The notes: generated by a model not told the origin, from the sequence alone. Shown: positions 18,178 through 28,348, counted from the stretch's first letter. The stretch: DNA of 32,000 nt from Candidatus Harpocratesius repetitus (GCA_021498095.1 JAIZWK010000001.1:1140001-1172000), one strand, 5' to 3'. A program made the numbers and translations.

Positions 18178-19329
18178 TTAAGGATTCCTAAGTGCAGAAT
18201 TAGATTTGACTGCTTTTCGAAGCAATTCAAAAGCTTTTGATGAAGTTGAAAACGTTTTTACATTATATTGGGCAAAAATAGGGATTGTCTCTTCATCAAA
18301 GATTCTCACATATATTTCTATTTCAGGAAATTCTTTTGAAATTCCCATAACCAGCAAAATTGCCTCTGAAAAATGCGTTTCACTTTTCCAACATATAAAT
18401 AATTGGGAAATTTGCGTCAGATCGCATATATCTTTCAAACCTTTCAATGTTGTATAAGATTCTTGAAAAATTTTTATCTTGGGGTCATCAATATAAATTT
18501 CTTCATCAATTTTTGGATCAATTAGGATGACATTTCTGCCCTGTTCATGGGCGAGATGATCAGAAACCAACTGGGATATATGGTTAAAACCAAGTACAAT
18601 AGAAGTGCCCGTTTTCCCTAGCGTCCATTTCTTGATATATTCTAAACTCCATTGAGAAGTAGAGAAAGTAAAAGCATTCCACGGTTCTTTTTCCAAATAA
18701 TTCTGTAATTGTTCTTCGAAAACACGCAGATAAAGATTACATTTTTTGTTAATTTCTCGAATTTTACTAATACTTACTATTGCTTTACGAAAATCATTTG
18801 TAACAAAGAAAACTTCTCTGCATTTATCCGCTCCAGCATCCAATAATGTTGCTTTCTCAGTAAAATCACCAACAACAACCGGTTCACCATTATCTATTAA
18901 ATCTAAAACTTTAGATTTATCCATTTCAATTAAAGAATATGGTTTTTTCTTCTCTTGTAAGTATTCAACAATTCTTTCACCTAGATGGTGATATCCCAAA
19001 ACTATCGTGTGATTACTTTGATGTGCCGCAATAATCTTGCTTGTAACAACAGGATTATATCGCTCCAATAAAGCACCAATTAAAAAGCCAAACACCACCA
19101 CTTCTAAGAAAATAGGGAATACTAGTTGGTATAATGCAGATAAATCATTTGTAATGGTGGGTTGATGTACGCATAGAGCTATTAGTAAAATTTGTCCAAG
19201 ACTTGCGCTTTGTTCATGAATGCCGTAATAAACTGCTCCAAGTAAATAGAAAAGGAAGAAAATTACAAAAGGCCAGCGATTCTGTTTTATTTTTAAAGTT
19301 AAATCGATCCAAAATCGTTGAAGCGACAT
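18178..19329 (-). CDS. Membrane protein with two TrkA-N/RCK-like domains
   Basis: Two N-terminal hydrophobic segments, then HTIVLGYHHLGERIV...VVVGDFT..TLLDAG and a second SIVLGFNHIS Rossmann-like repeat. Confidence 0.75.
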   Translation of the reverse strand: MSLQRFWIDLTLKIKQNRWPFVIFFLFYLLGAVYYGIHEQSASLGQILLIALCVHQPTITNDLSALYQLVFPIFLEVVVFGFLIGALLERYNPVVTSKIIAAHQSNHTIVLGYHHLGERIVEYLQEKKKPYSLIEMDKSKVLDLIDNGEPVVVGDFTEKATLLDAGADKCREVFFVTNDFRKAIVSISKIREINKKCNLYLRVFEEQLQNYLEKEPWNAFTFSTSQWSLEYIKKWTLGKTGTSIVLGFNHISQLVSDHLAHEQGRNVILIDPKIDEEIYIDDPKIKIFQESYTTLKGLKDICDLTQISQLFICWKSETHFSEAILLVMGISKEFPEIEIYVRIFDEETIPIFAQYNVKTFSTSSKAFELLRKAVKSNSALRNP

Positions 19330-19911
19330 GATTAGTCTTTGTTATGAATCTTATATTAAAAAACATTTGTAGTCGAGTGAAAGTTAAAAATTCTTTTATC
19401 ATTTGGATTTGGGAAAAATTTTATCTTTGTTATTCATCCAAAGAATCTTGTTAATAATAATTAGCATCACTATAGATATTTCAAAAATAAATGTTCGAAG
19501 TTTTTTATATATAATATACTAGAAAATAGAAATTTATGAAGGAAATATAGGAGGCTCTAGCAATTTTTTTTATCTTAATCAAATTCTATCTTTTGGGCCA
19601 ATATTTTCGACAATACTCCTGCGCATCCAATTACTATTTGAGTCGGCACTTTTAAACCCTTAAATGCGGTCAAGAATTTCACATTTCCATCATTTTTCTT
19701 TGAATTATTGACTTAATTATATATTTTTTTCTTAAACGATGTTTCGACAAATTTAAAATTGGGATAGATTTGGGTGGGTTTTGTGGATAGTAGATGCAAG
19801 ATTTTCGGATTTCCTTCAATTTTTTGAATTCTGCTATAACCTCATAGAATGAAATTAATTTTTGAATCATTAACAAAGAACTTTTATAAAGAAATAGAAT
19901 AATTTTTTTTT

Positions 19912-21355
19912 ATGAATAAGAATAAAAAGAAGATCAAAAAAATAATTTATCTATTACTACTCGGAATTTTTTGTGTTGGAATTCAGAATTCACCCTTTGT
20001 TTATGGTGATGAAAAAATTCAATCCATCCATCTTTCCGAAAAATTAAATCAATTTTCAGAAGATTATGAAAGACAAAAATCCGTTGATCCTATTCATATA
20101 AGTTGTCCTGATGATTGGAAGAATTATGATTTTATTACGGGTTCAGGAGCAGTAAATGATCCATATATCATTGAAAATGTTGAGATTATAGGTCCAGAGT
20201 TAAATATTGAAGAAAATGAAACTACTTTAGTAGCAACAGGAATATTTATAACTGATTCGTCCTCATCATATATTATTCGAAATTGCATCATTGCAGAATG
20301 TGGAAATGGGATTTACATCGATGATTTGCAAGGATTATATCCTAAAGAAATATCAAATAATCAAATAGAAAATTGTATTCGGGGAATATCTTTTGTTGGA
20401 GATAATATGAAAATTATTAATAATAATATTTCTGAATGTAGAGCATTACCTGAAGATAGAATTAAATTGATTGAGCGAGATTCTTATATGAGGGAATATG
20501 GTGGGACTAAAAATATCAGGAAATACTGTGAATGGGGAACCTCTTGGATTTTTTGTTAATACTGATTATGATCTTTCTATTATTGATGGCGAAAAAACAA
20601 AATATGGGCAATTAATTCTTATTGGATGCAAAAATGTGCTTATTAGAAATTTCGATATAGAAGACACTACATTAGCATATACTTTTATTTATAACACAAA
20701 TATTACTATAGAAAATGTCAAAGCAAGAAATTGTTTGCAAGGTATGGTTATAATAGATCAATTGATGATTGGTAGTAATCAACAATATCTTTCAGTACAA
20801 AATCTCGGATTTTATAACAATTTGGTTGGAATTCATATAAGTATTCAATCAAGATCAGACAATTCTTTTAATATTGAATATAAATTGGATTTTAGCATCC
20901 AGGAGTTTTTTGAAAATGAATATGATGTTCGATTTGATATGGATAGTTTTTCTAATCATACGTTCACATTTCCAGTTGGAACTAAAATTAACATAGATGA
21001 TTATATTCCATTTGAAGTATCTATTAAACTTAATGGAGAACAATACACAGAAACTATAAATTCATCTTCGAGATTTTCTGGTTCTTCTAACTATAACTAT
21101 TCTCAAATAGATTTTACATTAAACGAAGAAGGAACTTATTTTCTAAAGGGAAGAACTTATAATAACTATGCAGGTTCAGATGAAATTATTTATTCGCCAT
21201 TTGGTAACTTGACAATTATTGCAAAAAAACCAGAATTCTTTGCATTGGATATACCTGGTTTTTCAGTTGTTGGGATTGTTTTTTGGTCGCTCAATTCAAT
21301 TGGAATTATAATTGTGATCAATACTCTACAACAAAGAAAAGTAAATAGAAAATAG
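19912..21355 (+). pseudogene. NosD/pectin-lyase-like parallel beta-helix surface protein with a Loki-CTERM-type tail, split by one frameshift near 20503-20513
   Basis: ORF 19912-20559 has a signal peptide, GSGAVNDPYIIENVEI and IIRNCII..GIYI. ORF 20498-21355 continues with NTVNGEP..GQLILIGC and ends DIPGF + TM + RKVNRK. Removing one base gives a single 480-aa ORF. Confidence 0.75.
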
Positions 21356-21408
21356 AAATCCTTTTTCTTTTTTTGCTTAACACATTTTTCTTTGCTTTAT
21401 CAAATAAA

Positions 21409-22539
21409 TTATCGAATTATCTGCTTTTCATAAGGAACAAGCTCGTTAGGATAACCAGTACTTGAAAGTGTAAATGCAAATTCAATACCAATCAAACCGA
21501 TTAATCGTTCCCGTAGATCTTCAGGGACTTTCATATAAAAAAAATGGCTATTGGGAATTTCTTGGGCTATTAATGCATATTTTCGTTGATCATGAATAAC
21601 ATCAGTAGTTGCATTAAATATAAATACTTCTTCTTGAATTTGCCCTACTTTGCCAATTAATTCGAAATTTCTTGCTTGAAAAGCTGCTTTTTTCCATTTC
21701 CATAGATCAGCATGATGAATAAATTCAATAATCCTTTTTCTTTGAGTAGGCAGAGAGTGATTTCGGAGTTTTAAATAGGCTAACAAGGGTTTCAACAACC
21801 ATAACAACCAAACTGGAATAAATGGTGCCATATTCAAAAACCAGTGAGGATACTGCAGACGATGCATAGGATCCACTAAAACATAAGTAGGGGCTTGTAG
21901 AATATGGTTAATTAATCCATACAGTATAATGGATGCTCCCCAACACGTACCCATTAACACAAAATCGCGTTCATTTATATTAAAATATTCCAAAACAGTT
22001 TGAATGTCAACAGCATTTTGTTCCAGTGAAAAAGAACCATGTTGATGGTTAATTCGACTGCTTTTCTTCTCTCGAGTTTCTACATAATAAAATTCGATAT
22101 AATTATAGAATATTTCGAACATATCACGAAATCCTGTGGGAGTAACCCCCCATCCCGGAACGACCACAACCGGTCTTTTTGAAATTAAATATTGCGGTCG
22201 ATAATGGATAACTCGGATGGTTCCACTATTTACAGGGACATTAACAACTTTAGAAATGGTTGGGTCCCAAAAATTAGGAAGCATTTTTGGATATGGATGA
22301 ACCATTTTCATTATTCGTTCATGGAGTTGGGCTTCTAATATTGGATCCATATGAAATATTGAAGAAAAGTTCAAAAGAGGGAGGTTATTAATATCCAAAT
22401 TATCGCACCGAATAGTTGAAATTAAGATTATTAAATTACGCTTGAAAATATATCCTTCAACATAAACGTTTGGAAATGATCTATAATTTACTAAACAATT
22501 ATCCAGAGGATGATTTAGTTGGTAATATTCTATTTTCAC
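21409..22539 (-). CDS. Alpha/beta hydrolase with Cys at the nucleophile elbow
   Basis: VVVVPGWG oxyanion-strand motif, elbow VLMGTCWGASI and later IFNATTDVIH. The real start is probably the ATG at 22350 (MDPILEAQ). Confidence 0.75.
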   Translation of the reverse strand: MKIEYYQLNHPLDNCLVNYRSFPNVYVEGYIFKRNLIILISTIRCDNLDINNLPLLNFSSIFHMDPILEAQLHERIMKMVHPYPKMLPNFWDPTISKVVNVPVNSGTIRVIHYRPQYLISKRPVVVVPGWGVTPTGFRDMFEIFYNYIEFYYVETREKKSSRINHQHGSFSLEQNAVDIQTVLEYFNINERDFVLMGTCWGASIILYGLINHILQAPTYVLVDPMHRLQYPHWFLNMAPFIPVWLLWLLKPLLAYLKLRNHSLPTQRKRIIEFIHHADLWKWKKAAFQARNFELIGKVGQIQEEVFIFNATTDVIHDQRKYALIAQEIPNSHFFYMKVPEDLRERLIGLIGIEFAFTLSSTGYPNELVPYEKQIIR

Positions 22540-22558
22540 TTATACCCAGTTATGATTT

Positions 22559-22792
22559 TTGGGAGAAGGCGTAAGATGTATTATGAAATGTGAATTTTGT
22601 CAGCGTAAAGCTACTACAGTTATTCCCAACTTCGATGGGAGTGAATATTTTAATGTTTGTGATTTTTGTGAAGAAGAGATCCTGCTTGAAGAGATTAAAG
22701 GATTTCGCCAAGATCAACAATATAGCGAAAATGAGCAAAAAATTCAAAAATATCTTTACAAAATTCATCGTGGTTCCATGTCATTCATCTAA
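22559..22792 (+). CDS. Small CxxC...CxxC zinc-binding protein
   Basis: MKCEFCQRKA...FNVCDFCEEE. The likely start is the ATG at 22583. Confidence 0.55.
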   Translation: MGEGVRCIMKCEFCQRKATTVIPNFDGSEYFNVCDFCEEEILLEEIKGFRQDQQYSENEQKIQKYLYKIHRGSMSFI

Positions 22793-22928
22793 ATATCTAA
22801 TTATCTCAATTTCTGGTCGTCATCATTCCCTTTAAAGTTTGCGGGAACTTTCCAAAAAATTTTTATTCAGTTCACAACTACATCTCTTGTTAGATTGTCT
22901 TTTTCAAATGAAAAGGATTAACTAATAC

Positions 22929-23059
22929 GGGCTATTGACGCAGCCAGGTGACCGGAAATTGATTTTTCGGATTGGTACTAGCGTGTCGGGCTTTTAACTG
23001 CTTATTATCTTAGGCAGAGCGAAACCCGCAAGCCGGGGGTTCGAATCCCTCATAGCCCG
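22929..23059 (+). tRNA. tRNA-Lys(UUU) with two introns (D-loop 22950-22977; canonical 37/38 at 22997-23023); CCA not encoded
   Basis: Acceptor GGGCTAT/ATAGCCC plus discriminator G. D stem ACGC/GCGT. Anticodon arm TCGGG-CT TTT AA-CCCGC after splicing. T arm GGGGG-TTCGAAT-CCCTC. Both introns fold into hairpins flanked by relaxed bulge-helix-bulge motifs. Confidence 0.88.
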
Positions 23060-23139
23060 CTATCTTTTTCTGAAAACTAGTTTTTCTGCGAAATAAATGT
23101 AACTTTTATTCTTTTTTCCCAGATATTTATAGATATTTC

Positions 23140-24219
23140 GTAGAATCTAAGTTTTTTGATCGATTTTTATTTTAAAAAATTATCTTGTAAAAATCAATAA
23201 ACCGAAATTTTAAAATAAAATAAACAATTTGAGAAACAAGATTCACTAATTTTATTAATTCGTAGATTTTCCGAACAAAAATTCTCTTAAATCCACTAAA
23301 TTTCCGCTTAGAAGGTCATGAAGCAATATGTGAAAATCTCGTCCATTTGCTTCACATGTCATATATAAAGAAAGATATTCTACTAAATGCTTCGTAACTT
23401 CAATACTTTTGAAATCTTGAGATCTTTCACGTTGTTTAGCATATTTTTGCAAATCTTGTTCCGCCAAGTTGTTATCGGGTGGCATTCCTTCATGATTTAA
23501 GTAGACAAACAACGAAGGTAAGAATTTTTCACACCGCTTTAGGATCCGCTGCAGATCCTCATCGGATACCCCATCAGATTGAATGCTTGCGATTAGAATT
23601 CTCTCATATATTAAGTGAGCCTTCTGATCTTCTAATGAAGTATTACAACCTGGACAGAATTGAGGAAATAAATCATTTACTTGATGAATCTTCTCAGGAT
23701 GTTTCCTTCCTCCACCGTTTGCACCTTTTGGTTTTCCGATTTCATGTGATTTTAGTTCTTTACAAGAGTGTAGAAGCCATTTCGGTCCTTTTCCAATGAT
23801 ATCTTCTGCTTGTTTTTTGACAGAACGTGTATCTTTTTTCTTCTGACGATATTTAGCCAGATTCTTTTTTTTAACTTCAGCTGCTTTCAGTTTTTTTTGA
23901 TATTTGGCTTCGATCACGCTTTTTTCAAAATTTAATTGCTGGTTTCGTGCTTTTTCTTGCGAGATTTGAATATCTTTAGCTTCTAACTCAACACTTTTCT
24001 TGGTAATAACAATTTCTTTTTCAGCAATAAATAGGGCGTGTATTTTTAATTGATTTTTGAGGATCTGTTTTTTTTTCCAATAATAATATGAGATCATCCC
24101 CTCAATGACTAAAAAAGAGAAAGAATGATCCATACCCACATAATTAAGCAAAGAATAGTGGAGATTTAAGTGTTTCAGTTTTACCACATAAGTGTGTGAT
24201 CAAAAAACTTAGGTTCTAC
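23140..24219 (-). mobile_element. IS66-family (single-ORF type) insertion sequence, internally deleted, 1080 bp
   Basis: 22-bp TIRs GTAGAATCTAAGTTTTTTGATC (23140-23161) and GTAGAACCTAAGTTTTTTGATC (reverse complement of 24198-24219), 21/22 identical. 8-bp direct repeat GATATTTC on both flanks (23132-23139, 24220-24227). Confidence 0.88.
23255..24187 (-). pseudogene. IS66-family transposase lacking its central catalytic region
   Basis: Coiled-coil N-terminus, KPKGANGGGRK, Zn motif CPGC and C-terminal PPDNNLAEQDL (cf. TNNxAER). The Zn motif joins the C-terminal part directly near 23570-23590. The likely start is the ATG at 24097 after GAGGGG. Confidence 0.8.
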
Positions 24220-24435
24220 GATATTTCTTATAATATTAATCAAAATTAAGCATAACTCGACTATTTTTAAGAATGAAGGATCAATTAAGAGAAGCCTTAT
24301 TTTTTAAATTATTTCAATATTATCGTTCAAAAAAATCTCATTGACAATTTCATTGAAGTTTTAGAGCATAACATACACTATATTAAAGCTTATGGCAAAG
24401 AAAAGCAGGGATATGCATAAATTGATATTTTTATA

Positions 24436-24777
24436 AAGCTCTCAAACTGGCAAAAATATGCTTTCCGCAGTTACAGTTGCTATAAAGGAAATACAAGACT
24501 ATTTGTGAATAAAGTTTTATTAAATAATCTGGCTGAGAATATTAATAGTAGGATTAAGATTCGTGTGCATTAAACTGGGCCTAAAACATCTGAGGGTTTA
24601 GAACAGCGACTTCAGGCATAAATTACAATCACAAATTAACATGAAATCTTAGGAAATACCATTGTTCCACACCGATTTAGCCCAAAAATTCTCTTTAATG
24701 AGTGGAATAATTCAGAAATTAAACGATTATTTCAATTAAACGAAAAATGGGGGAAAAAATTCAAACCGAGGTGTTAG
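24436..24777 (+). pseudogene. Degraded transposase-like C-terminal remnant
   Basis: One frame reads ...LLNNLAENINSRIKIRVH*TGPKTSEGLEQRLQA*ITITN*HEILG...KPRC*. NNxxExxNSxIK is typical of DDE transposase C-termini. Three in-frame TAA stops are present. Confidence 0.4.
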
Positions 24778-24866
24778 TGAATTGATCCTTCGTAATTAAA
24801 AATAGCCCATAACTCATCTTAGTATTATTAAAATTTTTATCCATTTTTAGTGAATATTTCACCAAA

Positions 24867-25766
24867 ATGTTAAAAGGAATAAGCTTAGTAACATATACCA
24901 AGATGGAAACAACAAAAATACAAAATACCTTGCGTTGGATGATTAGGGGCATTGCAGCAGCCCTTGTTATATGTATTGCGATTTGTTGGGTGGTATATGA
25001 ACAAGTTCGTCATTATTTCGGATTTTATCAGACAATTAGTGATTTAGGTGCAATTTATATTTATGTATTTCCAAGAATTGGTGCCTATGAGATTGAATTT
25101 GTGAATCCTTCACGATGGATATTTGCAATTGGATTCTGGATAATTAGTTTGCCTATTTTGGCGACTTCAATAATGTATTTTCGACATTCGTCTTTGAAAT
25201 TTTATAAAACGAAAGCAATTATTTTGATATTCTTTTTTTTAGGAGCAATTGGGATTGGGCTTTCATGGGATTATCCAAATGCTAATATAAATCGGTTTTA
25301 TGCCGTTGCTTGGCTTCATATGGTAGGAACATTGTTTTTTGTTCTTGGGTTTGCCATTTTTAATTATGTATGTCAATTGGCGCGATTTGTTCGAAAGTAC
25401 AGAAAGATGAAGCGAGAAAAATCTGGGCATGAAAATGAAGATGAAGTAAAAGAAGACTCAATCATAGAAAGCAACAAAGAATTAAATAATGAAAATGAAT
25501 CGCCAGATGAAACATCAGATGAAACGCCAAATGAATCTAAGCAAGATTCAAAGTCAAAGTCACACAATTGGGATTATTATTTAGATTTGGTATTTGTGAT
25601 TATTGTATTTGTTTTAATGGTTTGGTATTTAATTTCGGGGTTGCTGGGTATAATTGATGTTGAGAAAATTGGTTGGCTAAGTATTTTCAGTACCGCCATA
25701 TCTCAAAAATCTTTATTGAGTGCTTCGGTGATTGCTGCTTTCCTTCTTGATAAGGATGATATGTAA
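24867..25766 (+). CDS. Multi-pass membrane protein, DUF998/Frag1-like, with an acidic cytoplasmic insert
   Basis: About six hydrophobic segments, TISDLG after TM1 and WLHMVG. An E/D/N-rich loop (ENEDEVKEDS...DETSDETPNES) sits between TM segments. Confidence 0.6.
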   Translation: MLKGISLVTYTKMETTKIQNTLRWMIRGIAAALVICIAICWVVYEQVRHYFGFYQTISDLGAIYIYVFPRIGAYEIEFVNPSRWIFAIGFWIISLPILATSIMYFRHSSLKFYKTKAIILIFFFLGAIGIGLSWDYPNANINRFYAVAWLHMVGTLFFVLGFAIFNYVCQLARFVRKYRKMKREKSGHENEDEVKEDSIIESNKELNNENESPDETSDETPNESKQDSKSKSHNWDYYLDLVFVIIVFVLMVWYLISGLLGIIDVEKIGWLSIFSTAISQKSLLSASVIAAFLLDKDDM

Positions 25767-25796
25767 CTTTATGTAATTGAAAAAATAGAATTTTCA

Positions 25797-26777
25797 TCAT
25801 ATGTAGATACTTAATGCTTGAGTTATTGCAAGATTAATATCAGGCATACCATATCCCACTTCTGGATTCCACCCTGTCGGCCAATTTGTAGAATTTGTAA
25901 AATGGCTATTCGTGTAGTTATAGAGAGAAGGAGTAATCTGAATTGCAGTTGAAATTAATAAAATGCGAACATCAGATGGAGTTAATAGAGAATTACTATA
26001 AATTAAAGCTGCTGCCATACCCGCTATTTGAGGTATAGCCCAAGAAACACCGTAGTAATCAGAAAATGCAATGTGACGCTTGCAATCTGTAACCAATTCA
26101 ACAGCGCTATAATAATTTGAATTATTATAATTCACGACTCCTCTTCCCCAATTAGAACCTGGATTTCCTGGGCCTTCATTCCAGTGTTTCCATTGTGAAG
26201 GATTTACATGTGTATTTTGGATAATTCCTCCAACTACCAGTGTATCTGGATGAGTGGCGGGATATCGTAAATTATTTGTTGCATTCAATACTGGATCACC
26301 TCGATTATCATTTCCAGTTCCTGCAGAGAATATAATATGATATTTTTCTATACATTCAGAGATTTCATCAAAGAAAGGAGTGGAACCATAAGTAGAAACT
26401 TGTGATAAAGATATTACATCTACTCCTTGAGCGATGGCATATTGAAAAGCCGTGCCCCATGATCGGTTATTCTCTGAAACAAAATAGGAAAGAATGAGAA
26501 AATTTTGAGTAGTTTCATCAGTTCCGAAAATTGTACTTAGGGTTTCTTTACAGATAGTTACACATGTATTTCCATGGATTCTTTCAGCATAATCTGTGCT
26601 GTTAAAATTGTCGATAACTAAGATACGGATTGGTGAAATTCGTTCAATGGCAGAAATGTAAAAAATTTTAGAATTATTGTTCCCAGTAGATGAATTAAAT
26701 GATTGATAAGAAAAGTCTGAAATATTTAATCTATCATATCTAATTCGCTCAGTTATATTAGTTATATTAACTTTACC
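25797..26777 (-). pseudogene. S8 subtilisin-like protease domain with no start codon (5' end disrupted)
   Basis: The frame of track ORF 25797-26288 stays open back to 26777 (TAA at 26778-26780). It contains ILVID (Asp, 26610-26612), IHGNTC (His, 26574-26576), SAGTGND (oxyanion Asn), YPA, GVSWAIPQIAG (Ser) and GYGMPD. Confidence 0.8.
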
Positions 26778-26831
26778 TTATATCTAATATTCTTCTATAT
26801 AATATGCCTAAGTGATAGATTATATGAAAAA

Positions 26832-28269
26832 CAGTTCTCAACTATTCGACAAAAAAAATAAATAACAAATAACTCATATTGTCTAGTATTTGAATCAACG
26901 AGAATAAAAGAAATGGATAATTGGATAATTTAATGAACCAAAAAACCCAAGCCGTGTATCGAATTCCACAATTCGGTCCATATTATCCAATTTTCAATAG
27001 GATTTCCTTCTTCAAAAATCTTGCGAAATCTGTTTGCAAAGCTGTTAACATTCCTATTACCCGACAAGGTCGAAAATGGTATTTAGATGATATTTTGGCA
27101 GTGTTATGTTATTGTTGGATCCGTGGTGTCTCAGTACACCACGCTTGTGAAAAGTTAAATAGGTGGGCACAGAAATTTTTAGGATTTCAACCTCGTGAAT
27201 ATCATGATGGTCGTAAATCCTGTGCTTTTCCACACCAAACTACAATAAACGATTGGTTACGGACACAGACGCTTTTCAATGTAGAAGATATCTACCGAAT
27301 TATATTTGAAAAAATGATTCGATTGGTTTTCCTTAAAAATCGGAGAACCCATCCTGTCATGTTAGAATTTGACCTTACTTATCTCGGTTATTGGGGAAAA
27401 CGTAGAGATTTAAAGATAAAAGGCAGTAGAATGGTAAAAAGAACCAGAATGATCCGTCATTATCATGAAGCGATGATTCATGAACTGCATAAATCTTTTT
27501 TGTAGGATGTCATCATGTGGCAAAAGAAGAATCAAAAATTCCATATATGCTTGATACTGCTGATTGGTTATTAAACTTGGGACTAGAAATCAAAGTTTGT
27601 GTGATTGATCGTGAATATTACCGTCAAAGTATTTTAAAATCATTCAAAAATCGGGGAATTCCTGTAATCACACCTGTAAAAAACTACAAACAACTTAAAA
27701 AAGCAAAAAAGAGTATATTTTAGGAAATAAAGAGAGGATTCAAGCCTTCACAATAAGAACTAAGAAGAAAACGAACCAAAAGCGAAAATTTACACGTTGC
27801 TGGGTTCATTTATTTCTTCGAGGAAAACAGCATTTAAGTGATTTGAAATACGCCTATCGACAAGGACGACTAAGTTTAAATGAAACGTGTGAACAATTAT
27901 ATGGTTTAATTACGACTATTGCACCACAATATCGCTCAAAGTCTTTCGTGTATCTAGTCAAGCGATATTACAAAAGGAGATGGCAAATTGAGACAGCGTT
28001 TCGTGATGTAAACATTCACAAAGGACTTTGGCGGTCAAATAGAGATGGAACTCGACTCTTTGGTGAAATGGGCAAATATTTATTGTTCAATTATTGGCAG
28101 ATTGAGAGAGATCAAATCTTCTCTAATCACCAAATGACGTTCCAAGAATATCGAGATTGGCTTATGGATGAATTTTCTCAGACTATTAACTTGTAACGTG
28201 CATACAATATACCAAAACCAGATGGTGGATGAGAAAAATGTAAAAAAAGTTATTTCATTGAGAATTCTG
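26832..28269 (+). mobile_element. IS4-superfamily (ISH3-like) insertion sequence; ends tentative
   Basis: Contains a DDE transposase. Candidate imperfect TIRs CAGTTCTCAA (26832) and CAGAATTCTCAA (reverse complement ending 28269). A-tracts on both flanks are compatible with a 5-bp AAAAA TSD. Length 1438 bp. Confidence 0.55.
26921..28196 (+). pseudogene. IS4/ISH3-like DDE transposase in three frames (two single-base homopolymer frameshifts)
   Basis: LEFDLTY (D1), VIDREYY (D2) and YYKRRWQIETAFRD (E, YREK-like). Adding one T to the T6 run at 27496-27501 and one A to the A6 run at 27705-27710 restores a single ORF of about 425 aa. Confidence 0.85.
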
Positions 28270-28348
28270 AAAAAAAAAGAGGATGTGTTGAATAATTGAT
28301 TTCTGATGTTAAAATGATAAGTAGTAAAAATTAATAAAAAAGAATCAA

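Noticed and set aside
19330-19911. 580-nt gap containing a 65-aa ORF (19679-19876) and a slightly GC-richer patch with a GFKS-like fragment
   Set aside because: No frame gave a convincing continuous protein or RNA fold; it may be a decayed fragment, but I cannot support a call.
22834-22851. AAAGTT-N6-AACTTT dyad upstream of the tRNA
   Set aside because: Single occurrence in AT-rich DNA; not distinguishable from chance.
642-26777. AAA+ ATPase and S8 protease as an IetAS-type pair
   Set aside because: The two genes are about 24 kb apart, and the S8 lacks a start codon, so there is no operonic link.
24436-26830. Stop-codon reassignment (TAA/TAG to Gln) suggested by clustered stops in the two pseudogenes
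   Set aside because: Many intact genes in the window end in TAA or TAG and none contains internal ones, so the standard code applies.
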